64,000 nt of DNA, taken from contig JABIDC010000011.1 in the NCBI GenBank assembly GCA_018651925.1, forward strand, positions 9,064 to 73,063, in the 5' to 3' direction. Source of the DNA: an archaeon (lineage in GTDB: Archaea > Nanobdellota > Nanobdellia > Pacearchaeales > GW2011-AR1). The notes beneath the pieces were generated by a model, which searched no databases, was not told the origin of the DNA, and saw only the letters and a program-made list of their open reading frames with translations. Position 1 is the first letter of the stretch. Every line of letters begins with the position of its first letter. A program made the translations under genes and the position numbers. Below are positions 36,513-45,074 of this stretch, piece after piece.

Positions 36513-38579
36513 TCAAGGAAGTACTTTTTTCTCTTCATCTCCAAGACTTTTTTTAACCCGAACAATTTTAACAATTCTACTAATAATCAACGCCAGAAGT
36601 AAAATAATAAGTCCAATAAAAATGTATAAAGTCCCCTTTCTTTGTGCAAAAGGTTGTTCAACTTCACATTTCCAAGGGCAAGGACCTCCGCAATCAACCC
36701 CTTCTTCCTTTTGATTCTTAATTCCATCAGTACAAGTAGGACAAGCACCACAAGTACCCCCACAATCAATTAAAATCTCACAAGCACCATCATGACAATT
36801 CTTCAAACCATCTTCGCAAGAAGGATTTTCAGTATAATAACAAGATTGAATTTCAGCAGGCTTATTTGCCAAATAATTACACTCTAATAAATCCGTACAA
36901 GTCTTTAATTGAAAACCACAAAATCTTTCATCAAATCCCTGTTGTTCACATTCATATTGAATTAATCTATAATCTTCTCCTGCTAAAACTCCAAAATCTA
37001 AAGAATCTTTTGCATTTTGACAAACATCCCAATCTTCACAAATCCATTGAGGAGAACATCCGCCTCCGCCACCGCCTCCGCCAGAAGTAGCTCCTTCAGG
37101 ACAAGTAGACGCAAAAAGAATAACTTCCCATGCAAAAGAATCATTCAACAAACCGTCAGTAATCACAACTTCAATTTCATGCAATCCCGACAACCCACAA
37201 GAAAAGGCATAATTAAACGAATCTGTTAAATTCCCCGAAGCATAATCTTTTTGGACAGAATCAACATACCAATAAACATCTGGAATTGTGTGGTCTGGAT
37301 CATAAGTTGTAACATTTAATAAAATACTTTTTTCTCCAACTGCAATAAAAGTTTGATTTGGAAAGGAATCAATAATTGTTGGAGGCCGATTATCGTCTAC
37401 AACAGTAATTGTAAAATCCTCACACACAGAATTTGATAAACCAGTTTGATTACAATAAACTTCTATATCCTCATAAGGGTCAGGAAGTTCCATATCCATT
37501 GCACAAATAGAAACATTATGAATTCCGAGCGGAGTTGAATTATCTGCAGTAAAATCAATTATTCCGTCATTTGTCACCCCAAACAATTCTGGACCAGAAT
37601 TAAAACTAATATTAAAACTAATTTGAGGGGAATCTTCCATTCCACTTTCAGAGTCATTTACAGAAATGGTTTTATGCAAGGTGGCATTATCTCCCCGAGT
37701 GTAAACAGTTTGAACGCCAATTATTTCTTTTTCTAAAAGATCATTTATTTCAATTACAGTAATATTTGTTTGGATTGAGTCTACATTATTTCCATCGTCC
37801 ACACTAATATTTCTTAAATAAGTTCTAAAACTCCCTGCAAATCCTCCTGCCTGTTCCTCCGTTAATTCAGCGCTAGAAGCAAGATATGCCGTAGCATTTG
37901 AGTTTCCATAAATATACCCATAAATTAAATTCGGATTATACAAAGGATTATCTGTAGAAAAAATAGTTTGAGGATACATAAAAAATATTTCAGAAGGGGC
38001 AATACTTAAAGATAATTCATTTATATCCTCATCACTCACATTAAATTCATAAAACAAACTTTCCCCCTCACAAACATAAATTGAATCATTCAAATAAACT
38101 ACTGGCGCAGAATTACTTACATTAACAAAAAAAGTAACTTCTTCAGAATAAAGAACGTCTAAAGTAGAATTTGAATAAACATAAACCGTATTCAATCCCC
38201 TTTCTGCAATAAAAGTTATATTTGGAGAAAATGAAGAATTTTCAATAATCCACAAAGAAGATCTTTCATTCCAAACACTAAACCACCACTCGGCAGGCTC
38301 AAAGTTAAAAGGATGAACAGATAAATTTATTTCTAAATCTTCTGCCGGGAAAAAATCATAAGTTGTATTTAGAGGTTCAGTGATATTAATCCAAGCAGCA
38401 TCTTGAACCACCAAAGAAATTGTTGCACTCGTAAGTCCAGCATTACCTGTTAATTTAATTGCTGGAGAATCTTGTGAAAGTAAAAGGTAAGTATTTACCA
38501 TTGAGAACAAAATAAAAATAATAAGATAAAAAGCCAACTTAAATTCAAACGAAAAACCCTTTTTCTTCCTCTTTATCAT
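36513..38579 (-). CDS. 688-aa surface protein: Ig/cadherin-like modules, poly-Gly linker, C-terminal Cys-rich module and TM anchor
   Basis: N-terminal TM helix followed by KLTGN. Module starts read SNSAPVV and DDNRPPTI. TSGGGGGGGCSPQWICEDWDVC opens a Cys-rich region that ends with a C-terminal TM helix. Confidence 0.7.
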   Translation of the reverse strand: MIKRKKKGFSFEFKLAFYLIIFILFSMVNTYLLLSQDSPAIKLTGNAGLTSATISLVVQDAAWINITEPLNTTYDFFPAEDLEINLSVHPFNFEPAEWWFSVWNERSSLWIIENSSFSPNITFIAERGLNTVYVYSNSTLDVLYSEEVTFFVNVSNSAPVVYLNDSIYVCEGESLFYEFNVSDEDINELSLSIAPSEIFFMYPQTIFSTDNPLYNPNLIYGYIYGNSNATAYLASSAELTEEQAGGFAGSFRTYLRNISVDDGNNVDSIQTNITVIEINDLLEKEIIGVQTVYTRGDNATLHKTISVNDSESGMEDSPQISFNISFNSGPELFGVTNDGIIDFTADNSTPLGIHNVSICAMDMELPDPYEDIEVYCNQTGLSNSVCEDFTITVVDDNRPPTIIDSFPNQTFIAVGEKSILLNVTTYDPDHTIPDVYWYVDSVQKDYASGNLTDSFNYAFSCGLSGLHEIEVVITDGLLNDSFAWEVILFASTCPEGATSGGGGGGGGCSPQWICEDWDVCQNAKDSLDFGVLAGEDYRLIQYECEQQGFDERFCGFQLKTCTDLLECNYLANKPAEIQSCYYTENPSCEDGLKNCHDGACEILIDCGGTCGACPTCTDGIKNQKEEGVDCGGPCPWKCEVEQPFAQRKGTLYIFIGLIILLLALIISRIVKIVRVKKSLGDEEKKVLP

Positions 38580-38683
38580 GAAAAACTAAATCTATTTTAA
38601 TATAAAAACCTTATTAATAAAAATAGGCCACCCAAAACCTTATAAAATATTATTTTTTTGAATTTTTAGAGAAAAAAATAAAA

Positions 38684-39106
38684 ATGAATGACAAAATATT
38701 TGGACAATCATCTTGTATCGGAGGAACCTCTTGCAATTACACTCTCTTTAATGGAGTCTTTAAACCAAGAGAAGGCATTCTTAGAGGAATCTCTACAGAA
38801 GAAGCGAGAACGATGATTCAAGACAAATTACAAATAACCGAAGCTTCAGGATTAATTGCTTTAGCATTTGATAATCTAGAGGTTGGAAATGGAATAGAAA
38901 TTAGATCATTAGACAGAACAGAGACTTTTCCATTGACAGACTTTCAAAAAGCAGGATGTGCAAGAATAAGCGAAGTATTAAGTCAACTTAAATCATACGA
39001 AGAAAGATTTTATCAAGAAGGAACTGAAAGGTATTTGATAACAGATATTAATTTAGGATGTTGTGAAAAAAATGCTCAACAAGCAGGAACTTTTCATCTT
39101 TTCTAA
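38684..39106 (+). CDS. Hypothetical cytosolic protein
   Basis: A clean ORF with normal composition and no competing antisense ORF. No motif recognised. Confidence 0.5.
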   Translation: MNDKIFGQSSCIGGTSCNYTLFNGVFKPREGILRGISTEEARTMIQDKLQITEASGLIALAFDNLEVGNGIEIRSLDRTETFPLTDFQKAGCARISEVLSQLKSYEERFYQEGTERYLITDINLGCCEKNAQQAGTFHLF

Positions 39107-39109
39107 AGT

Positions 39110-39562
39110 TTAGTATATTAAAATAGCAAGAATGGAATCAATTTCTTCGAATCTTATTTTTCCATCATCAAAATTAACATTGTCTCCTTTTGTAATAAAA
39201 TAATCTCCAAATTCATCTTCACCTTTTTCAATAACCCTATGAACAATTAATTTCTCTCCATGATAAAAACTAATAATATCTCCGACGAAAATATCCTCTG
39301 AAGAATTCGGACGAATTCCGATACCATTTGCATTTGAATCGATTACCGGAACCATGCTTTTAGTTGAATTATATCTACTCACAACATAATTAGACAAATT
39401 AATTACAACTGAATCTTCATAAACTAAAATATTCTTTTCCTCAATAATGTTGTGTGGAGAGAATTCCTTGGCTACAAAACCAGTCAATTCAAAACCAGAA
39501 AAGAAAATTATTCCCAGCACAAAAATTATCAAAAGAATAATTATCTCAAATCGAGTTTTCAT
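39110..39562 (-). CDS. Signal peptidase I, Sec11/SipW (S26B) type
   Basis: N-terminal TM helix, the Ser box KSMVPVID (SM.P), the His box LIVHRVIE and the conserved TKGDNVNFDD (GDNN..D box). The start at MKTRF (39562) is preferred over the track start at 39649. Confidence 0.8.
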   Translation of the reverse strand: MKTRFEIIILLIIFVLGIIFFSGFELTGFVAKEFSPHNIIEEKNILVYEDSVVINLSNYVVSRYNSTKSMVPVIDSNANGIGIRPNSSEDIFVGDIISFYHGEKLIVHRVIEKGEDEFGDYFITKGDNVNFDDGKIRFEEIDSILAILIY

Positions 39563-39602
39563 AAAGAAAATTAACAAAAATGCCTTATAAAAATTATTAT
39601 AC

Positions 39603-40019
39603 TCAATGTTTTCCAATTCTAACAAACAAAGTTCCCGTATAAACCCCAAAAGGTTGATTCTCTATAACAATAGTTCCAATTGAAATTCTTTTGGATTCAT
39701 TAATTGGCAATTCAACTCTTTCCTCAAAAATTAAGAAATCAGTTATATTTCCTTTAACAAAAATATTCGCAAAAACTGGATAAGGATAAGAATTATTTAA
39801 AATTATGTCTCTTTGGGAACTTGATCCTTTACTAATTTCTCCCAAATTAAGTACAGAGCTCTCTAAATTAAAAGAAGTCTTATTTGAAATTTCGAGGATA
39901 ACTGGGACCTTAAGTTCTTCAAGATTATCTGTAGAGATAATATACATTGAAGAAAATAAAATAACTAAACTAATAATTAAAATACCAATTCCAAAATAAA
40001 GTTTATTTCTTTTTCTCAT
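39603..40019 (-). CDS. N-anchored small beta-sandwich (Ig-like) protein
   Basis: N-terminal TM helix followed by about 110 aa of alternating beta pattern (LNLGEISKGSSSQRDIILNNSYPYPV...VYTGTLFVRI). Its start overlaps the upstream gene by 17 nt. Confidence 0.55.
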   Translation of the reverse strand: MRKRNKLYFGIGILIISLVILFSSMYIISTDNLEELKVPVILEISNKTSFNLESSVLNLGEISKGSSSQRDIILNNSYPYPVFANIFVKGNITDFLIFEERVELPINESKRISIGTIVIENQPFGVYTGTLFVRIGKH

Positions 40020-41145
40020 TAATCTTCTTTCTTTTCTTTTTCAAGAAAATAAAAATTACCCCTCCAATAATTAAAATTGCAAGAATTACTGCTCCAATAA
40101 TTAAAGTTGTATTTGTTTTGCTAATAAATTCTACTTGAATTTGTTTACTTGCAGATTTCCCAACACTCTTTCCAAAATAAGAAACAGTTACATTTCCATA
40201 ATAGATTCCTTCTTCAAAAGAATTTGTATCAAAAAATCCACTAATTGTTTTTCGTTCCCAAGGAGATAAATCCGTAGTAGAAGTCTTAAAACTAATTTTC
40301 TCAGAATTATTTTCAAACAAAATTATTTCTGCACTCGCACCATCAATTTGATCATTCCAACCACTCTCAATATCAACTTCAAATACCCCATATCCCCCAA
40401 TTTCAATGATCTCGGTATAATTTAATATATCAATAGTCAAATCCCCGATTCTAAAATTTTTTGATTCGTTTGCAATTTTTGAACCATATGGAACAATTAA
40501 ATTTGCAAGATAATTCCCCGCATTATAATTTGTAGTGTCAAGAGATTTCTTTAATTCAATTCCTTCTTGGCTTCCCAATGTTCTTTCTTTCAAAATTAAA
40601 GTTTCCAACAACTTTCCAAAATTATCCTCAATCTCAATTCTTGGAGAAGCAACAATTGTTTTATCTCCTTGACTTTTCAAATTAATTTCAAAAGTAACTT
40701 CTTCCCCAACATTGACGTCAGGAGCAATTAAATGGGCATCCAAATATTCTCCAGGATAAGGGACATCAATAATTAATGCTAATCTTAAAGTAACAGTAGT
40801 TCCAACAGTTGAAGATAAAAGTTCTTCATCAACCGCTTCAGCAATTTGAACAACTAAACGATGTGGGCCAGGAAGATCAACTTTTTCCGGCATCTCGAGA
40901 GTTAAAATAAATGAATCTTCCCCGATTAATTTTTCTTTTGATAATTTAACATAAGGGGCAAAATATCCTTCGACAGAAACAAATAATTCAGTATCCGAAT
41001 CAATTGCAAAAGTAATGTATTCTATTTCCAAAGTTTTTCCAGCTTCAAAATTTACCATTTTCTTAGCAGGACTCGCTCCAAGAGCACTAGCAAAGCTCAT
41101 CAATGAAATAAACAACAAACAAAAAATCAAACCTCTTTTAATCAT
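40003..41145 (-). CDS. Exported three-domain Ig/CARDB-like protein with a C-terminal TM anchor (paralogue B)
   Basis: A signal peptide ending ASALGASP, with NFEAG, VGTTVTLRLALIIDVPYPGEYLD and a C-terminal TM helix followed by KKKRKK. It aligns along its whole length with 42042..43244. Confidence 0.65.
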   Translation of the reverse strand: MIKRGLIFCLLFISLMSFASALGASPAKKMVNFEAGKTLEIEYITFAIDSDTELFVSVEGYFAPYVKLSKEKLIGEDSFILTLEMPEKVDLPGPHRLVVQIAEAVDEELLSSTVGTTVTLRLALIIDVPYPGEYLDAHLIAPDVNVGEEVTFEINLKSQGDKTIVASPRIEIEDNFGKLLETLILKERTLGSQEGIELKKSLDTTNYNAGNYLANLIVPYGSKIANESKNFRIGDLTIDILNYTEIIEIGGYGVFEVDIESGWNDQIDGASAEIILFENNSEKISFKTSTTDLSPWERKTISGFFDTNSFEEGIYYGNVTVSYFGKSVGKSASKQIQVEFISKTNTTLIIGAVILAILIIGGVIFIFLKKKRKKINEKKK

Positions 41146-41188
41146 AAGTATTCTTGGGAAAATCTCCTTTTATAATTTACTAAAAAAA

Positions 41189-41797
41189 TTAAACAACTTC
41201 TGCAGTTGCAGTAATGATACTTCCTTTTGACCCAATTGGAACTCCTGTTTCAGGAATTCTTATATGAACATTAACATACAATTCATCTACCCCAGAAGCA
41301 GTTGTAAGGTTCCCACAATATAAAAATTCAGTTGTATTAATACTATTCCAAGTGTTACTATGAACCATTCCCCCAGAACAAGCTCCAGCATCTTTTTCAG
41401 TAACATTAACTTGGTAAAGAGCAGACGCACTTCCAATAAAACCTGCCGCATCATTACTTGCTTTCAAAGAAATATTTGCATTTTCATTTCCAGCATTTTC
41501 AATAACTAAAGGAGAACTAACAGCACTCCAACTTCCCCCAACAATTGTCCCATTAGTATAGAGGTCTGCATTTCCAGCACCAGGAGTTACATATCCAGTA
41601 CCCCAATCAACACTATCAGTAGTAAAATTAATTAATAAATTTGAAGCAACAGATAAATTAACATCTGCAGTGTCTGTAACTGCAAAACCAGTTAATTTCT
41701 CAACATCTTGAACTTTATTCACCGTAATTATTAAATTGAACATTGCTAAACCAACTGCCAAAACCGCAATAACCATTAAAACATTTGTTGATTTCAT
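41189..41797 (-). CDS. 202-aa exported Gly/Thr/Asn/Val-rich beta protein; candidate fibre or pilus-like subunit
   Basis: The N-terminus MKSTNVLMVIAVLAVGLAMFNLIITV...EKLTGFAVTDTADVNLSV is followed by beta-rich, low-charge sequence ending ...GSIITATAEVV. The LTG codons are at 41687..41695. Confidence 0.55.
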   Translation of the reverse strand: MKSTNVLMVIAVLAVGLAMFNLIITVNKVQDVEKLTGFAVTDTADVNLSVASNLLINFTTDSVDWGTGYVTPGAGNADLYTNGTIVGGSWSAVSSPLVIENAGNENANISLKASNDAAGFIGSASALYQVNVTEKDAGACSGGMVHSNTWNSINTTEFLYCGNLTTASGVDELYVNVHIRIPETGVPIGSKGSIITATAEVV

Positions 41798-42015
41798 TCT
41801 TGATTTTCAATAATATTCATTGGTGGCTCTTCCACAACCAATTGAACATTCCCATTTAAATTTCCTGAATCTATTACGGAAGAACTTTGAGGCTGACCAG
41901 TATCAAGATTCATTGTAACAACCACAGAACTAACAGACAACATAATCGTTATCAATAATAAAGTTACCACAACTTTTTCTCTCCTTACTTCCATAGCTTC
42001 CCAAGGAAAAATCAC
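41794..42015 (-). CDS. Small single-TM protein
   Basis: (M)EVRREKVVVTLLLITIMLSVSSVVVT. Its stop overlaps the next gene's start by 4 nt. Confidence 0.45.
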   Translation of the reverse strand: MIFPWEAMEVRREKVVVTLLLITIMLSVSSVVVTMNLDTGQPQSSSVIDSGNLNGNVQLVVEEPPMNIIENQE

Positions 42016-42041
42016 TTTATAAATATTATGTTGAGAAAAAA

Positions 42042-43244
42042 CTATTTTTTACGTCTCATAAATTTCCTAATTATTACGAACCACACAATATTTAGGACAA
42101 GCAAAACAACGATAACAATAATTAAAATGGTATTCCAATTGATATCCGAATCTCCCCCTCGAACAATTACCTGACCAGTAATCCCAATAACTTCTAATTC
42201 ATCACTGCTAATTTTTAGTTGAATATTTTTTTCAATCTCTCTATCTCCATACTTTAAAATTAATTTACCTTCGTAAGTTCCTGCAGAAACTCCTCCAGTA
42301 TCCCAATATGCAACTAGTTCTGATTTACTTAATCCAGAAAGATCATAATTCGGAGATTTAAAATCTGCCATAACTTCTCCTTCTTCATTGTACACAATAA
42401 TATTCAAATAAGAATCAGAAATTTGATCAGACCATTTATTTTCAATTAGTGCATTAAACTTAGCAATTTCCCCTAATTGAAAATCTTTAACCAAGACTTC
42501 TAAAATTTGTAAAGACATCTCTCCAATCAAAAATTCTTTTTCAATTTCAAAAACTTCATTATCATAAAAAACATTTACTTTTGCAAAATATTTTCCAGAA
42601 TTAATTTCTATGTTATCTAATCTTGCAACCAACTCTTTTCTTTCTAGACTTAAAAGAGATTGTTCATTTGTTTCGATAGTTGCAACTTTCTCGTTTAATG
42701 CAGTATAAATATCAATTGTAGCCCTTGCATTAACAATATCTAATTTTCCCCTGTTAGTTACAGGTATGGAAAAAATCGTCTCAGAATCAGATTCTAAAAC
42801 ATTTACTTCTCCGTCCAGATATTTGTTTGGATAAGGAACTTGGATATGTAATTGGGTAATCACTGCAACGGTTGCCCCAACAGTAGCACCAGCTTTTTCC
42901 AAGTCTTTGGGCAGTTCAAGTGCAACAATTTCAACCTCATATTTCCCAGGGTCTTCGATCTTTGAAGGAAGATTTACGGTATAGGTGAAGGATTTAGAAG
43001 CCTCTGTAGAAGAGAATTCAGCATATGCTTGATTCAAGGTCACAGTTTCGTTTAACTCTCCCCTAATCATTAAAACAACAGACATATCTTTATTCTCAGA
43101 ATTTAAAACAGAAAAAGAAACTTCTTTTTGTAAATTTGGTTCAAAATTAAGAGTTGTTCTTCCCGGAGTAATTCCCAAAGGAGAAACAAAATTCATTAAA
43201 ATAATTCCAACGAAAAGAAATAAAAATAATTTTTCTAATCTCAT
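42042..43244 (-). CDS. Exported three-domain Ig/CARDB-like protein with a C-terminal TM anchor (paralogue A)
   Basis: A signal peptide ending VSPLGITP, with NFEPN, VGATVAVITQLHIQVPYPNKYLD and a C-terminal TM helix followed by RKFMRRKK. Confidence 0.65.
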   Translation of the reverse strand: MRLEKLFLFLFVGIILMNFVSPLGITPGRTTLNFEPNLQKEVSFSVLNSENKDMSVVLMIRGELNETVTLNQAYAEFSSTEASKSFTYTVNLPSKIEDPGKYEVEIVALELPKDLEKAGATVGATVAVITQLHIQVPYPNKYLDGEVNVLESDSETIFSIPVTNRGKLDIVNARATIDIYTALNEKVATIETNEQSLLSLERKELVARLDNIEINSGKYFAKVNVFYDNEVFEIEKEFLIGEMSLQILEVLVKDFQLGEIAKFNALIENKWSDQISDSYLNIIVYNEEGEVMADFKSPNYDLSGLSKSELVAYWDTGGVSAGTYEGKLILKYGDREIEKNIQLKISSDELEVIGITGQVIVRGGDSDINWNTILIIVIVVLLVLNIVWFVIIRKFMRRKK

Positions 43245-43714
43245 TTTTGTTTTGCCTCATAAGTTTGATTTTCAGCAATCTTTTTTATTTGATTGACTCC
43301 TAAAATAAATCCTTCTTCTTCAGAAGTAATATTTAAATCAACATTTCCAGAATTAACAATTTCGTAAATTCCTTCGGTTTCAATTAAATTCAAAGAAACT
43401 TGGCTTTGAAGCGTAAAATTATTTATCCCGCTTTCCTTAAATTGATTTTTAACTTTCCAGAAATAAATTCCAGGAGCCAAAGTAACCTCTGTTTCAGGAT
43501 TTAAAATAATTGGATGAGTAAAATTATAATCAATAGATAAAATCACTTCTCTCGCATTTTCAATCTCAAAGACAAAATCCGAGTCAGCAATAGTCATCCC
43601 ACTTAGAGGATAAATTGGCGTAGGCATATTAAAAAAAAATAAATAAAGAATTGAAAATATAACAAAGAGCCCTTCAAAAACAAGAAACTTTTTTCCTAAT
43701 ATCCTCCTTCTCAT
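43241..43714 (-). CDS. N-anchored single Ig-like-domain protein
   Basis: A TM helix, then PLSGMTIADSDFVFEIENAREVILSIDYNF...GIYFWKV. The same P.(N/S)G......F.W....Y.L...G.Y.W.V module recurs in the giant protein. Confidence 0.5.
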   Translation of the reverse strand: MRRRILGKKFLVFEGLFVIFSILYLFFFNMPTPIYPLSGMTIADSDFVFEIENAREVILSIDYNFTHPIILNPETEVTLAPGIYFWKVKNQFKESGINNFTLQSQVSLNLIETEGIYEIVNSGNVDLNITSEEEGFILGVNQIKKIAENQTYEAKQK

Positions 43715-43759
43715 AAATAAAATAAATCAATTGTTCCTTATAAAATTATTGAACCAAAA

Positions 43760-45019
43760 TCACTTAGATTTTTTCTTGCTTGCAGGAAATAAAATTCTTC
43801 GAGTTAATTTTTCCCAGAAAGAGAAATGGAATTTTCTCATAACAAAGAAGACCGCAAAGATTAATATGATTAAAACTACTATTTTTACAAATAAATAATC
43901 TGAAGCAGAAAGAATATTCTCAATTGTTCCAATTTCTCCTCCAGGAGAAATGTCTGAATCAGTTGAAGAATCATTTTCTTCATCTCCATCATCTGTTGAA
44001 TCTGAACCTGAACTTGAGTCTGGTGCATAATAGGTATCATTTGATTCTTCCCCAGAAGAAACACAACAAATTAAAGAAACTCCATAATCTTCTGTACATC
44101 TCTCATCTGCAAATTCTTCACCATAATTAACATCTCCTTCAAGACAAGTAGATGCGCAAGTTCCGTTAACCTCTGAACAAGTTTTTCTAACAACAGTAGT
44201 TCCACCTCCAGAACCAGGACTATCTGTATCTTCATTCGGATCTTCACCGGAAGTACCCACACAACCACTTTTATCAAAAGAACAATCATCTTTACAAATT
44301 AAACTTCCTGTATCAAACCCTAAACTCACACAAGTTTCATCATTCAAATTATCTAAATCACATTCTTCGCCAGCATCAATTTGCCCATTTCCACAACTTG
44401 AAAACTCATAAGGAACACATTCAAATCCAAAATCCCCTTCTCCACAAACTTGAGTATCATCGCAAACTGGCCAACCAACATTTCCTTCACAATCTCCAGG
44501 ACAACCAGAACAACTTTCTCCTACATCGCAAACATCATTTCCACAATATTCTTCTACACATTCAGAACTACATCCATCTCCATCTTCAGTGTTTCCATCA
44601 TCACATTCTTCTCCAATTCCAACAATGTCATTTCCACAAGTATCAGACATACAACAAACATTTGCAGAAGAAATAATTGCATTTCCAGTAATTCCATTTT
44701 CAAGGATTACATCTCCAAGAATTCCTCCTATTTCATCCCCCTCAATACCCCCGGCAACACGCTCATAAACATCTTTATCATCAACATTAAGATCACAAGA
44801 ATAATCTATCTCATATTCTCCTACACTACAACTTGTTCTACAATTTCCACTATAAATTCCACAAGCAGTCCAAGAAGCTTGTCCAGTTAATTGCAATTTT
44901 CCTAAAAAAACATAATTTACAACAGAATTAAAACCATCAAAAAGAAAAAAACCAACAACACCGATTAGTAAAACAACTGCTAAAATTATCAACACTCGAA
45001 AAGTAGTTTTATTCTTCAT
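43760..45019 (-). CDS. Cys-rich surface protein with DUF4215 repeats (paralogue 3)
   Basis: Carries CGNDIVGIGEECDDGNTEDGDGCSSECVEEYCGNDVCDVGESC and CGNGQIDAGEECDL. The N-terminus resembles paralogue 1 and the C-terminus is nearly identical to paralogue 2. Confidence 0.72.
   Translation of the reverse strand: MKNKTTFRVLIILAVVLLIGVVGFFLFDGFNSVVNYVFLGKLQLTGQASWTACGIYSGNCRTSCSVGEYEIDYSCDLNVDDKDVYERVAGGIEGDEIGGILGDVILENGITGNAIISSANVCCMSDTCGNDIVGIGEECDDGNTEDGDGCSSECVEEYCGNDVCDVGESCSGCPGDCEGNVGWPVCDDTQVCGEGDFGFECVPYEFSSCGNGQIDAGEECDLDNLNDETCVSLGFDTGSLICKDDCSFDKSGCVGTSGEDPNEDTDSPGSGGGTTVVRKTCSEVNGTCASTCLEGDVNYGEEFADERCTEDYGVSLICCVSSGEESNDTYYAPDSSSGSDSTDDGDEENDSSTDSDISPGGEIGTIENILSASDYLFVKIVVLIILIFAVFFVMRKFHFSFWEKLTRRILFPASKKKSK
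43780..43960 (-). repeat. Partner copy of the 181-nt patch at 28054..28234
   Basis: See the partner entry. Flanking sequence on both sides is much more diverged. Confidence 0.9.
44512..44656 (-). repeat. Partner copy of the patch at 28831..28975
   Basis: See the partner entry. Confidence 0.85.
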
Positions 45020-45074
45020 TTGTTCCTCTTAGTTGTAAAACATAATATATCTTTATAAAACTTTTTATAAAAAA

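Noticed and set aside
37055-37090. GC-rich (GGN)n tract encoding poly-Gly in the 688-aa protein, considered as a slippage-prone phase-variation switch
   Set aside because: The codons are mixed (GGC/GGA/GGT), so the DNA repeat is imperfect. Any slippage would be in frame and could not switch the gene on or off.
44398-44890. Two overlapping plus-strand ORFs (92 and 146 aa), plus 43924..44130 and 28198..28464
   Set aside because: They are antisense to the Cys-rich paralogue genes. Their products are His/Leu/Asn or Ile/Ser/Thr low-complexity strings, and the minus frame encodes conserved CGNG...GEECD repeats.
26094-45019. Diversity-generating retroelement (template/variable repeat) as the explanation for near-identical patches among the Cys-rich paralogues
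   Set aside because: The window contains no reverse transcriptase. The 5 differences in the 181-nt patch are mixed transitions (c/t, t/c, c/t, g/a, a/g), not adenine-specific. Gene conversion fits better.
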